DNA from: an uncultured bacterium
GTDB taxonomy: Bacteria > Krumholzibacteriota > Krumholzibacteriia > WVZY01 > JAKEHA01
Direction: 5' to 3'
Assembly (NCBI GenBank): GCA_964560355.1
Contig: CAZLLI010000002.1
Location: 3,622 to 67,621, forward strand
Length of the DNA: 64,000 nt
Position numbers and translations under genes: made by a program. Below the pieces are notes generated by a model. It saw nothing but the letters and a program-made list of their open reading frames with translations, was not told where the DNA came from and did not search any database. This document shows, one piece after another, positions 39,853 through 51,218 of this stretch (its first letter is position 1; the number at the start of each line of letters is the position of its first letter).

Positions 39853-40821
39853 GTGGAGTATCGGCGGTTAGGCAGATCGGGGCTCAAGATTTCCGCGCTC
39901 TCGCTCGGTGCATGGGTGACGTACGGGTCGCAGGTGGGCGAAGACGTCGCGTACGAATGTATGACCGAGGCCTACGAGGGCGGCGTCAACTTCTTCGACA
40001 ACGCGGAAGCGTACGCATCCGGCAAAGCGGAAGAGGTGATGGGCAACGTCATCCGGCGCGCGGGGTGGAAGCGCTCGGACCTCGTGATCTCGACCAAGCT
40101 GTTCTGGGGCGGGAAGGGTCCCAACGACAAGGGGCTCTCGCGCAAGCGCATCGTCGAAGGCACCGAGCGCTCGCTCGCGCGCCTCAAGCTCGACTACGTC
40201 GACCTCTTGTTCTGCCACCGCCCCGACCCCGAGACCCCGATCGAAGAAACCGTGCGCGCGATGAACCACGTCATCGCGCAGGGGAAGGCGCTCTATTGGG
40301 GCACGAGCGAGTGGAGCGCCGACGAGATCGCGGAGGCGGCCGCGATCGCGAAGCGCGAACACATCATTGGACCTGCGATGGAGCAGCCGCAGTACCACAT
40401 GTTCCACCGCGACCGCGTCGAGAAGGAGTACGCGCGCCTCTACGACGAGATCGGCCTCGGCACCACGATTTGGAGCCCGCTCGCGAGCGGGCTCTTGACG
40501 GGGAAGTACGACCACGGACCGATTCGGGGGACGCGCGCGGAGCTGCCCGGGATGGAGTGGCTGCGCGAAGAACTGGTGGGGGCGTCGGCGCGTCCCAAGA
40601 TCGAAAAGGTGAAGAAGCTCAAGCCCGTCGCCGACCGCCTCGGGTGCACGCGTGCGCAGCTCGCGCTCGCGTGGTGCCTCAAGAACCCGCGCGTGAGCTC
40701 CGTCATTACGGGGGCGACACGGCGCGAGCAGGTGAAGGAGAATCTGGGGGCGCTCTCGGTAGTGCCGAAGCTCACGTCCGACGTGATGCGCGACATCGAT
40801 CGCGTCTTGGCCGGCGGCTGA
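39853..40821 (+). CDS. Aldo/keto reductase (Kv-beta-like subfamily)
   Basis: GGAGGA RBS 7 nt upstream of a GTG start ([14 protein letters not shown]). AKR motifs [13 protein letters not shown] and ALYWGTSEW. Confidence 0.85.
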   Translation: MEYRRLGRSGLKISALSLGAWVTYGSQVGEDVAYECMTEAYEGGVNFFDNAEAYASGKAEEVMGNVIRRAGWKRSDLVISTKLFWGGKGPNDKGLSRKRIVEGTERSLARLKLDYVDLLFCHRPDPETPIEETVRAMNHVIAQGKALYWGTSEWSADEIAEAAAIAKREHIIGPAMEQPQYHMFHRDRVEKEYARLYDEIGLGTTIWSPLASGLLTGKYDHGPIRGTRAELPGMEWLREELVGASARPKIEKVKKLKPVADRLGCTRAQLALAWCLKNPRVSSVITGATRREQVKENLGALSVVPKLTSDVMRDIDRVLAGG

Positions 40822-40840
40822 TTCCCGAAAAAACGGACAC

Positions 40841-40878
40841 AAAAAAAGATCCCGGGCGAAACCCGGGATCTTCTTAAG
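40841..40878. terminator. Rho-independent terminator (AAAAAAA-GATCCCGGG-cgaaa-CCCGGGATC-TTCTTAAG), potentially bidirectional
   Basis: Perfect 9-bp GC-rich stem flanked by an A-run upstream and a T-rich tract downstream, 20 nt after the AKR stop. Confidence 0.7.
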
Positions 40879-41044
40879 CGCTCAGGAACTGAACGCCATA
40901 GTGCAGGGACCGCTACGATATCACTTGCCCTCCGGGGGTTCAAGCCCCTTTTTGTCTTGCCCCGTTATCCCGTTGTGGTAAAATAGTTTCGCCGTTCAGT
41001 CGGCGGTCCTCGCGGGACTTTCGGACCCGCTCCGAAAGCGTTGT

Positions 41045-41073
41045 TTGACACTCCAAAAAGGGCCGTGTTAATT
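41045..41073 (+). promoter_or_regulatory. Putative sigma-70-like promoter (TTGACA-N17-TTAATT) for sucA
   Basis: A perfect -35 hexamer and an AT-rich -10-like element in a GC-rich region, about 100 nt upstream of the sucA start. Confidence 0.4.
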
Positions 41074-41176
41074 AACAGCGGCGCGCGAGTGCGCGCGCAC
41101 CTGGGGCCGCAACGCGGCGTCGTGCGACACGAGACAGTCGCGGACGCTCGCCGGCAAGAACTGTGAGTATCACTGC

Positions 41177-43672
<2,496 letters not shown>

Positions 43673-43797
43673 TTTCGCGGACGTCCCCGTTCCTCCCGGC
43701 AAAGTTTTCCTCCTCGCCCCGCGTGCGGCGGGGGGGCATTTGTGTACTCTTCTTGCTCACTTGATTGCACTTACTCCGCTCGGAGACGCGGGGAAAC

Positions 43798-45489
43798 ATG
43801 CGATTCAAGCTGCACAAGAAGATTCAACAGAGCTTTTCGGCCAAGATCACGCTCTTGGTGGCGGCCAGCGTCATCGCGACGTCGTTCGTGGTGGGCTTGG
43901 CGACCACGCACAGCACGGGGAAGTTCCTCACCGAACGACTCAAAGAGCAATTTCCGTCGACGCTCACCACGACCACCACGCGCTTGCGCCTGTGGCACGA
44001 CCGCCAGCTGGCGGAGCTGTCGCGACTCGCGCAGGCGGGCGCGATGCGCGACAACGTCGAACGCTACGCGCACGCGGGCGGCTCGGCGTCGGCTGCCGCC
44101 GACGCGCGCGAAGAGATCGCGCACTACCTGCGCATCGTCCGGCAGAACTACCAGGGCTACGACGAGCTCCTGGTGCTCGACTCCAACGGGCGCACGGTGG
44201 CTGCGGCGGGGGGTGCCGCGACGACGGCGGGCGCCGCGGCCGCGGAGGCGTGGCTCGAGCTCGGCGAAACCGGCTTCGAGCAGGGCGCGTCGCGCGCGAT
44301 CGCCGGCGATCGCAGCGCGCACCAGTGGCTGTTCGTCGCCACGCGCGACAGCACCATCGCGCCGTCGAAACAAACCTGGCTGGCCGCGCGCGTCGACTTG
44401 TCGCAGTGCGGGCACCTGCTCGACGAAGTCAAGCTGGGCCCGGGCGCCGACCTCTACCTGCTGGACGTGCAGGGGCGCTTCCTCACCCAGCCGCGCCTCG
44501 CGGTGGGGCCGCGCGTGGGCGGCGAAGCGATGAAGGTGCCGACGCGCCAAAACGGTCCTTTGGTCGTGGAACGACTGCGCACCTACGACGGGCGCGTCGT
44601 GTTCCACGCCAAGGTGCACCTCGACCCGCTCGGGTGGTGGCTCGTGTACGAGGAAGACTACGAAGCCGCCATGTCGCCCGTGATCGAGGCCCAGCGGCGC
44701 ATTTGGGTGGCGGTCGTCGCCGTGGGTGCGATCGCGATTCTCGCCGCGCTCAAAATTACGCAGTCGCTCTTGAAGCCGATCAAGGAGATCCAAGTCGGCG
44801 CCAAGCGCATCAACGAGGGCATGGTCGGCGTCAAGATTCCCAAGCGCTTCGACGACGAAGTCGGCACCATGATCGACACCTTCAACGAGATGGCGTCGCG
44901 CATCACGCTGTGGCAGGCCGAGCTCCACTACAAGAACAAGATGCTCAACTCGCAGAACGACCGCCTGCAAGACATGAACGAGCGCTTGGAGAAGTTGTCG
45001 GTGACCGACGGCTTGACCGGCCTATTCAACCACCGTCATTTCTGGAACCTGATGAACACCGAGCTGACCCACGTGAACTTGCACCGCGGCAACCTGGCGC
45101 TCACCATCCTCGACCTCGACGACTTCAAGCGCGTCAACGACAAGTTCGGTCACGCGGTGGGCGACCTGCTCCTGCAAACCGTGGCGACCGTGCTCAAGGA
45201 CACCGTGCGCGACACCGACATCGTCGCGCGCTACGGCGGCGAGGAGTTCGCAATTCTGTTGCCCGACACCGACGAGAGCGGCGTACAACAAGTCGCGGAG
45301 AAGATTCGCGCCGCGGTCGAAGCGATTCGCTTCAACGTCCCCGAGACCGACATCACCCTCAAGGTCACCGTCAGTGTGGGCGTGTCGGTGTTCCGCGGCA
45401 ACCGCCGCGAGTTCTTCAACGCGGCCGACCGCGCGCTCTATAAGTCGAAGGCGGCCGGCAAGAACTGCGTGCACTACGCGCTCGCGTAG
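43798..45489 (+). CDS. Membrane-anchored sensor diguanylate cyclase (periplasmic Cache-like domain, HAMP, GGDEF)
   Basis: TM1, about 270-aa periplasmic region, TM2, HAMP and a RYGGEEF GGDEF active site. In frame with track ORF 43765-45489. Confidence 0.85.
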   Translation: MRFKLHKKIQQSFSAKITLLVAASVIATSFVVGLATTHSTGKFLTERLKEQFPSTLTTTTTRLRLWHDRQLAELSRLAQAGAMRDNVERYAHAGGSASAAADAREEIAHYLRIVRQNYQGYDELLVLDSNGRTVAAAGGAATTAGAAAAEAWLELGETGFEQGASRAIAGDRSAHQWLFVATRDSTIAPSKQTWLAARVDLSQCGHLLDEVKLGPGADLYLLDVQGRFLTQPRLAVGPRVGGEAMKVPTRQNGPLVVERLRTYDGRVVFHAKVHLDPLGWWLVYEEDYEAAMSPVIEAQRRIWVAVVAVGAIAILAALKITQSLLKPIKEIQVGAKRINEGMVGVKIPKRFDDEVGTMIDTFNEMASRITLWQAELHYKNKMLNSQNDRLQDMNERLEKLSVTDGLTGLFNHRHFWNLMNTELTHVNLHRGNLALTILDLDDFKRVNDKFGHAVGDLLLQTVATVLKDTVRDTDIVARYGGEEFAILLPDTDESGVQQVAEKIRAAVEAIRFNVPETDITLKVTVSVGVSVFRGNRREFFNAADRALYKSKAAGKNCVHYALA

Positions 45490-45544
45490 CGACCCTCATT
45501 CAATTCATTCCATCGGGAAAAGAACAGCGATCGGAAGCGAAGGG

Positions 45545-46261
45545 CTAGCGCACCAGGGAGGCGTGGATCCATCCCTCGACGCCGTTCGGCGTGCGCACGT
45601 GGTACCAGTCGTCCGCCGTTCCCCAGCACAGCAGCACCGCGCCGACCGAGAGGCGGTCGACGACCGAGTAGCCCTGGCCGGGGCCTTCGCGCACGTTGGC
45701 GACGTCGACGGAAACGGTGCGCGTGATGAGCGCGCTCTCCATGCTCGCGCGGCGCTCCGAGCTGTTCATGGTATGGTTCGCGCGCTCCGCGAAGAACTGC
45801 GCGGCGGCGAAGTTCTGTTTGCGGATCAACCGTTCCGACGACTCGATGAGGTCCTGCACGTAGTGCGAGGTCGAATCGGAAAGGACGTTGGGGTGCTCGC
45901 GTTCGAGCTTGTCGTAGCGAATGCGCGCCTCGGCCGCCGCCGCCACCGCCGCCGCCTTGCCCTGGTCGGAGGCGAGACGCTCCTCGTAGATCGCAAATTG
46001 CTGCTCGACGCGCTTCAAGTCGGCGTGTGCGTCCGCGAGCTCCTGTTCGAGGAGCTGGTTGGCCTGCACGAGGCGGTCGCGTTCGACGCGCAAACGCGCG
46101 ATCTCGGCCGACGGGGTCACCTTGCCGTTCTTACCGCGGCTTTGCGCCCCCTCGACGTCACCCGAACCCCCGTGCGAGGCCGCGCTGCTGCAGCCCGAGG
46201 CCGCGAGGAGCGCGCCGAGGCACAGCGCGGAATAGCGAGTCTTGTGAAAAACGGACGACAT
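45545..46261 (-). CDS. Lipoprotein with coiled-coil region and C-terminal SH3b domain
   Basis: Lipobox LAASGC and a heptad-rich central region. C-terminal SH3-like segment GYSVVDRLSVGAVLLCWGTADDWYHVRTPNGVEGWIHASLV. Confidence 0.7.
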   Translation of the reverse strand: MSSVFHKTRYSALCLGALLAASGCSSAASHGGSGDVEGAQSRGKNGKVTPSAEIARLRVERDRLVQANQLLEQELADAHADLKRVEQQFAIYEERLASDQGKAAAVAAAAEARIRYDKLEREHPNVLSDSTSHYVQDLIESSERLIRKQNFAAAQFFAERANHTMNSSERRASMESALITRTVSVDVANVREGPGQGYSVVDRLSVGAVLLCWGTADDWYHVRTPNGVEGWIHASLVR

Positions 46262-46306
46262 GCACCCGGACGTGGCAATTGGCGTGCCACCCCGGCCGTT
46301 CCTAGG

Positions 46307-46906
46307 TTAGCGGGAGCGGTAGTGTCGGACGAGGGCGGTGGAGGAACGATAGATCGACAGGGCGGCCACGATCTTGAACGCGGCGCCCGGGAGGAAAGGA
46401 AGCAGGCCGACCGTGATCGCGTTGCCGAGGTCGTGCGTGTAGAAGAGAGCCAAGTGCGCGACGCCGAGCGCGAGAATCACCATATTACCAACCATGAACG
46501 CCAGCGCTTGCCACAATAGCCGCTCGGAGCGTCGCAGGAGCGAACCGATGATCCACGGCGCGATCAAGAACGCGATCAGGTAGCCGCCGGTCGGACCGCC
46601 GAGGATGGCCCAACCGCTCGCGCCGCCCGCGAACAGGGGAACGCCGGCTGCGCCCGCACCCACGTAGATCCACTGGCTCAACGAACCCCACCCGCGACCG
46701 ATCGACGCCCCCGCCAGCATCACGAACAGCGTCTGCATCGTGATCGGCACGGGTTCAATGGGAATGACGATATTCGCACCCACCGCGGTGAGACCCGCGA
46801 ACACGAGCGCGCCCGCCACACCCAGCGCGACGCGCGTCGCGCGCGACGGCGCCACCGCGAGGGCGGGTGCGTCGGCCGTGAGCGTCATGTCGGTTCTCGG
46901 TGTCAT
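46307..46906 (-). CDS. bioY: Biotin transporter BioY
   Basis: About 5-6 TM helices. Gly-rich BioY signature region (GGPTGGYLIAF). Confidence 0.8.
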   Translation of the reverse strand: MTPRTDMTLTADAPALAVAPSRATRVALGVAGALVFAGLTAVGANIVIPIEPVPITMQTLFVMLAGASIGRGWGSLSQWIYVGAGAAGVPLFAGGASGWAILGGPTGGYLIAFLIAPWIIGSLLRRSERLLWQALAFMVGNMVILALGVAHLALFYTHDLGNAITVGLLPFLPGAAFKIVAALSIYRSSTALVRHYRSR

Positions 46907-46973
46907 GGGTTTCGTCGAACGCGGACGGTCGCCGCGCTCGAGGCGTCATGTTCGGGCGCGCGAGGCGTTTCTG

Positions 46974-48098
46974 TCAAGCGCTTTCACCGCCGTCGAGGCG
47001 CGCGTCGGGTTCCAGCGCGAGCAGGCGGTCGACGCGGTCGCACACGGCGTCCGCGGTTTCCGCGACCACGCGCGCGAACCAACTGGGGTGTTCGCCGGCG
47101 ACGAAGGGCGAACCCCAGCGCGCGCCCGCGTCGGCGTCGCTCGCCAACTCCGCCACCACGTGGACCGTCTTCCATCCGTGCGCGCGCGCGGCGCGAATGT
47201 CGCTGTGCGCGTTGTCGCCGACGTAGAGCACGCGCTCGCCGCGCACGCCGATGCGCGCTTCGATTTCATCCACGTGCGCCCCTTCGAGGACCGCGGCGTC
47301 GTGGGCGAGCGCACGGCGATGGTCAGTCGCGCGGTCGAAGAAGCGCGGCTTCGCCGACGACATCGACACCACCGTGAAGAGCGATCGCCACGCGGGTCCC
47401 ACCACGAGGTCGAGCACGTGGGTCGCGTAGTCGAACTCCGAATTGGTGACGACGAAGAGCGTCTTGCCGGCGCGCCGCCAGTGCGCGAGGCGCGCGGCGA
47501 CGCCGTCGACGGGGGCGACGAAGCGCGCGAGGTCGCGCACCAGGCGCCCTTTCAGCTCGCCCTGCGTGTGCGAGCGGTCGAGCATCTGGCGCGCGTCGAG
47601 ACAGGCGCGCGCGGGGTCGAACGCGCGCGCGCCTCTGCCCGTCGCGTGCGCGCGCGTGAGCGCTTCGAACAACCACATGGTCGGCACGTCGAAGGGCGAC
47701 GACAGCGGGTGCACCTGCGCCCTCGCGTCGGGGAGCGGCTCGCCCGGCGCGATCCCATCGACCCACGCGCCCGCGCGACGCGCGACGCGCACGCGCCGCT
47801 CAGCGTCCAGCTTGACCACGTGCGCGCTCGCAAGGTCGAGCGCGAGCGCGCGCGCAGCCTCGAAATCGCCGCGCTGCGGATCGACGACGACGTCGCCGGG
47901 CTGGTACCCGCGCTCCGTAACCAAGAACTCCTGCGCTTCCGCCATGGCGAGGGCGTTGACGGCCGGGTCGTCGTAGATGGCGAGCGTGTGGTCGAGGTCG
48001 AAACCGACCGCGTCGACAGCCCCGAGATCGAGCGAGCGATTCGCCGTGAGACGGGCGCGAGGTCGTGGCATGGCGATGGGGTCGAAGGGTGGCTTCAT
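46974..48098 (-). CDS. HAD-superfamily 5'-nucleotidase-like protein
   Basis: HAD motif I (GFDLDHTLAIYD) and motif IV (YVGDNAHSDI). ATG at 48098 is in frame within track ORF 46974-48194. Confidence 0.75.
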   Translation of the reverse strand: MKPPFDPIAMPRPRARLTANRSLDLGAVDAVGFDLDHTLAIYDDPAVNALAMAEAQEFLVTERGYQPGDVVVDPQRGDFEAARALALDLASAHVVKLDAERRVRVARRAGAWVDGIAPGEPLPDARAQVHPLSSPFDVPTMWLFEALTRAHATGRGARAFDPARACLDARQMLDRSHTQGELKGRLVRDLARFVAPVDGVAARLAHWRRAGKTLFVVTNSEFDYATHVLDLVVGPAWRSLFTVVSMSSAKPRFFDRATDHRRALAHDAAVLEGAHVDEIEARIGVRGERVLYVGDNAHSDIRAARAHGWKTVHVVAELASDADAGARWGSPFVAGEHPSWFARVVAETADAVCDRVDRLLALEPDARLDGGESA

Positions 48099-48346
48099 GG
48101 TGAACCGGGGGAGGCTAACAGCCCGGCTGGCGTCGGTCAACGCATCGACTGAGGGCCGTCGGTACGCCAAATCGTCGTGTGAAACAATGCACATGAGTCC
48201 TTGGGAAAACGGCCTTGCGTTTTCGTGGATATCGGGATACGTATGGGAATAGCGAGGAAAAAGAGGGTGTGTGGGGAAACGCTAAGGGCTAAATCGGCAC
48301 TGGTTGGCGCCGCGGAAGCGGTGCGTCTGTAGTTCAAGGAGTTCGC

Positions 48347-48772
48347 ATGAACCCGAAGTTCTTCACCGTCGAGGAAGCGAACGCCCTCATTGGCTTCCTG
48401 GAAAATTCACTCGAGAGGATCCGACGCAACCGCCAGCGCTATTTGTGGCTGCTGGAGGAGATCGCGATCCTCAAGTTGATCGTGGAATGCGGCGCCGACG
48501 AGGCCAACCGCGACACGGTCGACCTGGAAGAGAAGACCCACGAGCTCAAGGCCGTGGAAGCGGAGATCGACAAGGCGCGCGCTTCGGTTCGCGACGCCGG
48601 TTGCATCTTGAAGGACGAAGAGAAGGGCCTGGTCGACTTCTTCTCGATCCAGAGCAACACGGTGGTCTACCTGTCGTGGAAGCGCGGCGAAGATTCGGTC
48701 AAGTTCTGGCGTTCGATTCGGGACGCCGATAGCAACGTGCGCCGGCCCTTGGAAGGGTCGCCGTCAACGTAG
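48347..48772 (+). CDS. DUF2203-like hypothetical protein
   Basis: AAGGAG RBS 6 nt upstream. 141 aa, helical and acidic. Confidence 0.6.
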   Translation: MNPKFFTVEEANALIGFLENSLERIRRNRQRYLWLLEEIAILKLIVECGADEANRDTVDLEEKTHELKAVEAEIDKARASVRDAGCILKDEEKGLVDFFSIQSNTVVYLSWKRGEDSVKFWRSIRDADSNVRRPLEGSPST

Positions 48773-48836
48773 TTACGCCCAGCAGAGTAGTCACGGTCGA
48801 CGACGCCGCCGGAGAGACTCCGGCGGCGTTTTCGTT

Positions 48837-50525
48837 TTATAGCGCGGTGTAGTTGGGGCCTTGCCCGCCTTCGGGCGGCGTCCATCGAATGTTGTCGAGC
48901 GGGCACTTGATGTCGCAGGTCTGGCAGTGCACGCAGTTGGCGAAGTTGACCTGGAGCCGCAGCGCGCCGCCGTCGCTCGTCACCATCTCGTACACGTTGG
49001 CCGGGCAGAAGCGGTTGCACGGGTAGCGATACGTCGCGACGCACGTCTGGTAACACTTCTGGGTGTCGAGGACGAGCAAGTGCGAGGGCTGGTCTTCGCC
49101 GTGCATGGTACCGGAGAGATACACGTCCTGCAGCTTGTCGAGGAATTCGCGGCCGTCGTACTTGCGCGGCGGCGGAAGATCGATGTCGACGCCGTAGTAC
49201 TCGGCGACGCTCTTGAAGGTGTAGCGGTCTTCTTTCTCGTGCGCGGGTCCGAGCACGTCGGCGCCGCCCGTCGCTTGCTGCAAGCCCACGTGCACGAGCG
49301 CGCGCGGGAGCCCGAGCGACATCGCGCGGTGGAAGTTGCGCGTCTTGTAGAGCTGCTTGCCGACGTAGCTGTCGTACACGGCCCGCTCGTAGGGGGCGAG
49401 CGTCGGGGACGAATAGTCGTCGGCGATGAGGGACTGGAAGGCGGTCTCCGCCGCCAGCATGCCCGACTTCATCGCGAGGTGGATGCCCTTCAAGCGCGCC
49501 ATGTCGACGAGCGAAGCCGCTTCTCCGATCAGCAGCGCGCCGTCGGTGTAGAGCTTCGGGATCGAGTGGTAGCCGCCCGCGGCTATCACCTTTGCGCCGT
49601 AGTACACACTCTTGCCGCCCGCGAGGAGCTTGCGAATGGTCGGGTGTTCCTTGAATTGCTGCAGCTGCTCGTGCGGATTGATGAACGGGTCGCGGTAGTC
49701 GAGCGGCGTCACCAACCCGACCGCGAGCATGTTGTCGGCCATGGTGTAGATGAAGGTCCCCCCGACGGAATCGGCGCGGAACGGATACCCCATGGTGTGG
49801 ACGACGCGTCCAACGTCGGTGCGTCCGGCCGGGACTTCGAACACTTCCTTGACCCCGGTCTCGAACACTTGCAGCGATTTCCCTGCGAGGAGCCGGTGGC
49901 GCGCGATGAGCTGCTTCGACAAGTAGCCGCGCGGGCCGTCGCCGAAGATAGTGAGCTTGGCGCGCAGGTCGATGCCGAGCTCGAAGTTCGGCTTGCGCTG
50001 CCCGTGCTTGTCGATCCCCTTGTCGCCGGTGCGAATCCCGACCACGGCGCCGTTTTCTTCCAATATCTCGACGCCGGCGAAACCCGCGAACACGTTGACG
50101 CCGGCGGCTTCGACCAAACCGCCGAGCCAGCGGTTGAAGCGCGCGAGCGACACGATGGGCAGCCCGTGGTTGCGAAGCGGCGGCGGTGTAACGGGGAAGC
50201 GCAGCGCGCGCTGCTTGGTGAGGAAATACACGTCCTCGGCCTCGACGCGCTTCTCGATCGGGCAGCCCTTGGCTTCGTAGTCGGGGATGAGTTCGCGGAG
50301 CGCGATCGGGTCCAGCACCGCGCCCGAAAGCGAGTGCGCGCCCACTTCGCTGCCTTTTTCGACCACGGCGATCATGGGGGAGAGCGCCGCGCCCTGACCG
50401 GTCTCGGCGACGCGCGCGTTGTGGGCCTCGACGAGCTGCTGGAGGCGCAGCGCGCCCGCCAGCGACGCCGCGCCGGCTCCGACGAAGAGGACGTCGACTT
50501 CCAGGACTTCGCGATTCTCGCTCAT
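48837..50525 (-). CDS. Electron-transfer flavoprotein:ubiquinone oxidoreductase (ETF-QO / FixC-like)
   Basis: FAD dinucleotide-binding motif (VLFVGAGAASLAGA). C-terminal 4Fe-4S ferredoxin motif CVHCQTCDIKCP. 562 aa. Confidence 0.88.
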   Translation of the reverse strand: MSENREVLEVDVLFVGAGAASLAGALRLQQLVEAHNARVAETGQGAALSPMIAVVEKGSEVGAHSLSGAVLDPIALRELIPDYEAKGCPIEKRVEAEDVYFLTKQRALRFPVTPPPLRNHGLPIVSLARFNRWLGGLVEAAGVNVFAGFAGVEILEENGAVVGIRTGDKGIDKHGQRKPNFELGIDLRAKLTIFGDGPRGYLSKQLIARHRLLAGKSLQVFETGVKEVFEVPAGRTDVGRVVHTMGYPFRADSVGGTFIYTMADNMLAVGLVTPLDYRDPFINPHEQLQQFKEHPTIRKLLAGGKSVYYGAKVIAAGGYHSIPKLYTDGALLIGEAASLVDMARLKGIHLAMKSGMLAAETAFQSLIADDYSSPTLAPYERAVYDSYVGKQLYKTRNFHRAMSLGLPRALVHVGLQQATGGADVLGPAHEKEDRYTFKSVAEYYGVDIDLPPPRKYDGREFLDKLQDVYLSGTMHGEDQPSHLLVLDTQKCYQTCVATYRYPCNRFCPANVYEMVTSDGGALRLQVNFANCVHCQTCDIKCPLDNIRWTPPEGGQGPNYTAL

Positions 50526-50684
50526 GGGACTCCCGTCGTTTGAAAGACCACGGCATGATAACCAGTCGGCGCGGAGTCGTCAAAAGCGACCGCGTCGACG
50601 CCCGTCGAAGCCCTTGACATTCCGCGCCGTTCGGGTAGATTAGGCCGACCGCGCGGCGCGCCCGCGCCCACTCGAAACGCAACC

Positions 50685-51218
50685 ATGGCCACACGCGTCG
50701 TCACTCCGGCCCTCGATCAGCCCCGCTCCTGGTGGGAGAGAACCTACCTGGGCGAGGTCGTGCGCGGTTTGGGGATCACGATGGCGCACATGATCAAGAA
50801 CCTCGCCGACCTGCGCCGCAACCGCGTCGGCATGACGTATCAGTGGCCCGAAGAACCCAAGCCGCTCCCGCCGACCTTCCGCGGCGAGCACCGCCTGATG
50901 CACCGCCCCGACGGGACGCCGCGCTGCGTCGCGTGCAACTGCTGCGCGACCGCGTGCCCGGCCAACTGCATCGAGATCACCGGCGCCGACACCGGCCACG
51001 ACGGCGTCGAGAAGTATCCGATCCGCTTCGACATCGACATCCTCCAGTGTGTGTACTGCGGGATGTGCGTGGAGGCCTGCCCGTGCGACGCGATTCGCAT
51101 GGACACGGGGAAGATCACGGAAGCCTACTTCGAGGGGCCGGTCAAGATTCTCGACATCGACTACTTGATGAAGAATCACCCCAACGACAAGAGCCCCATC
51201 AGCGAAGCCATCTACTAG
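50685..51218 (+). CDS. NuoI-like 2x[4Fe-4S] ferredoxin (NADH-quinone oxidoreductase subunit I family), stand-alone
   Basis: CVACNCCATACP and CVYCGMCVEACP motifs with a NuoI-type N-terminal extension. No other nuo genes are adjacent. Confidence 0.75.
   Translation: MATRVVTPALDQPRSWWERTYLGEVVRGLGITMAHMIKNLADLRRNRVGMTYQWPEEPKPLPPTFRGEHRLMHRPDGTPRCVACNCCATACPANCIEITGADTGHDGVEKYPIRFDIDILQCVYCGMCVEACPCDAIRMDTGKITEAYFEGPVKILDIDYLMKNHPNDKSPISEAIY

Noticed and set aside
40930-40956. tRNA-like T-arm (GGGGGTTCAAGCCCC followed by TTTTT)
   Set aside because: No acceptor stem, D-arm or anticodon arm can be built from the flanking sequence, and there is no CCA or discriminator context. More likely a small terminator-like hairpin.
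50685-51218. Calling the 2x[4Fe-4S] protein nuoI as part of complex I
   Set aside because: No other nuo genes are adjacent, so it is labelled only as NuoI-like.
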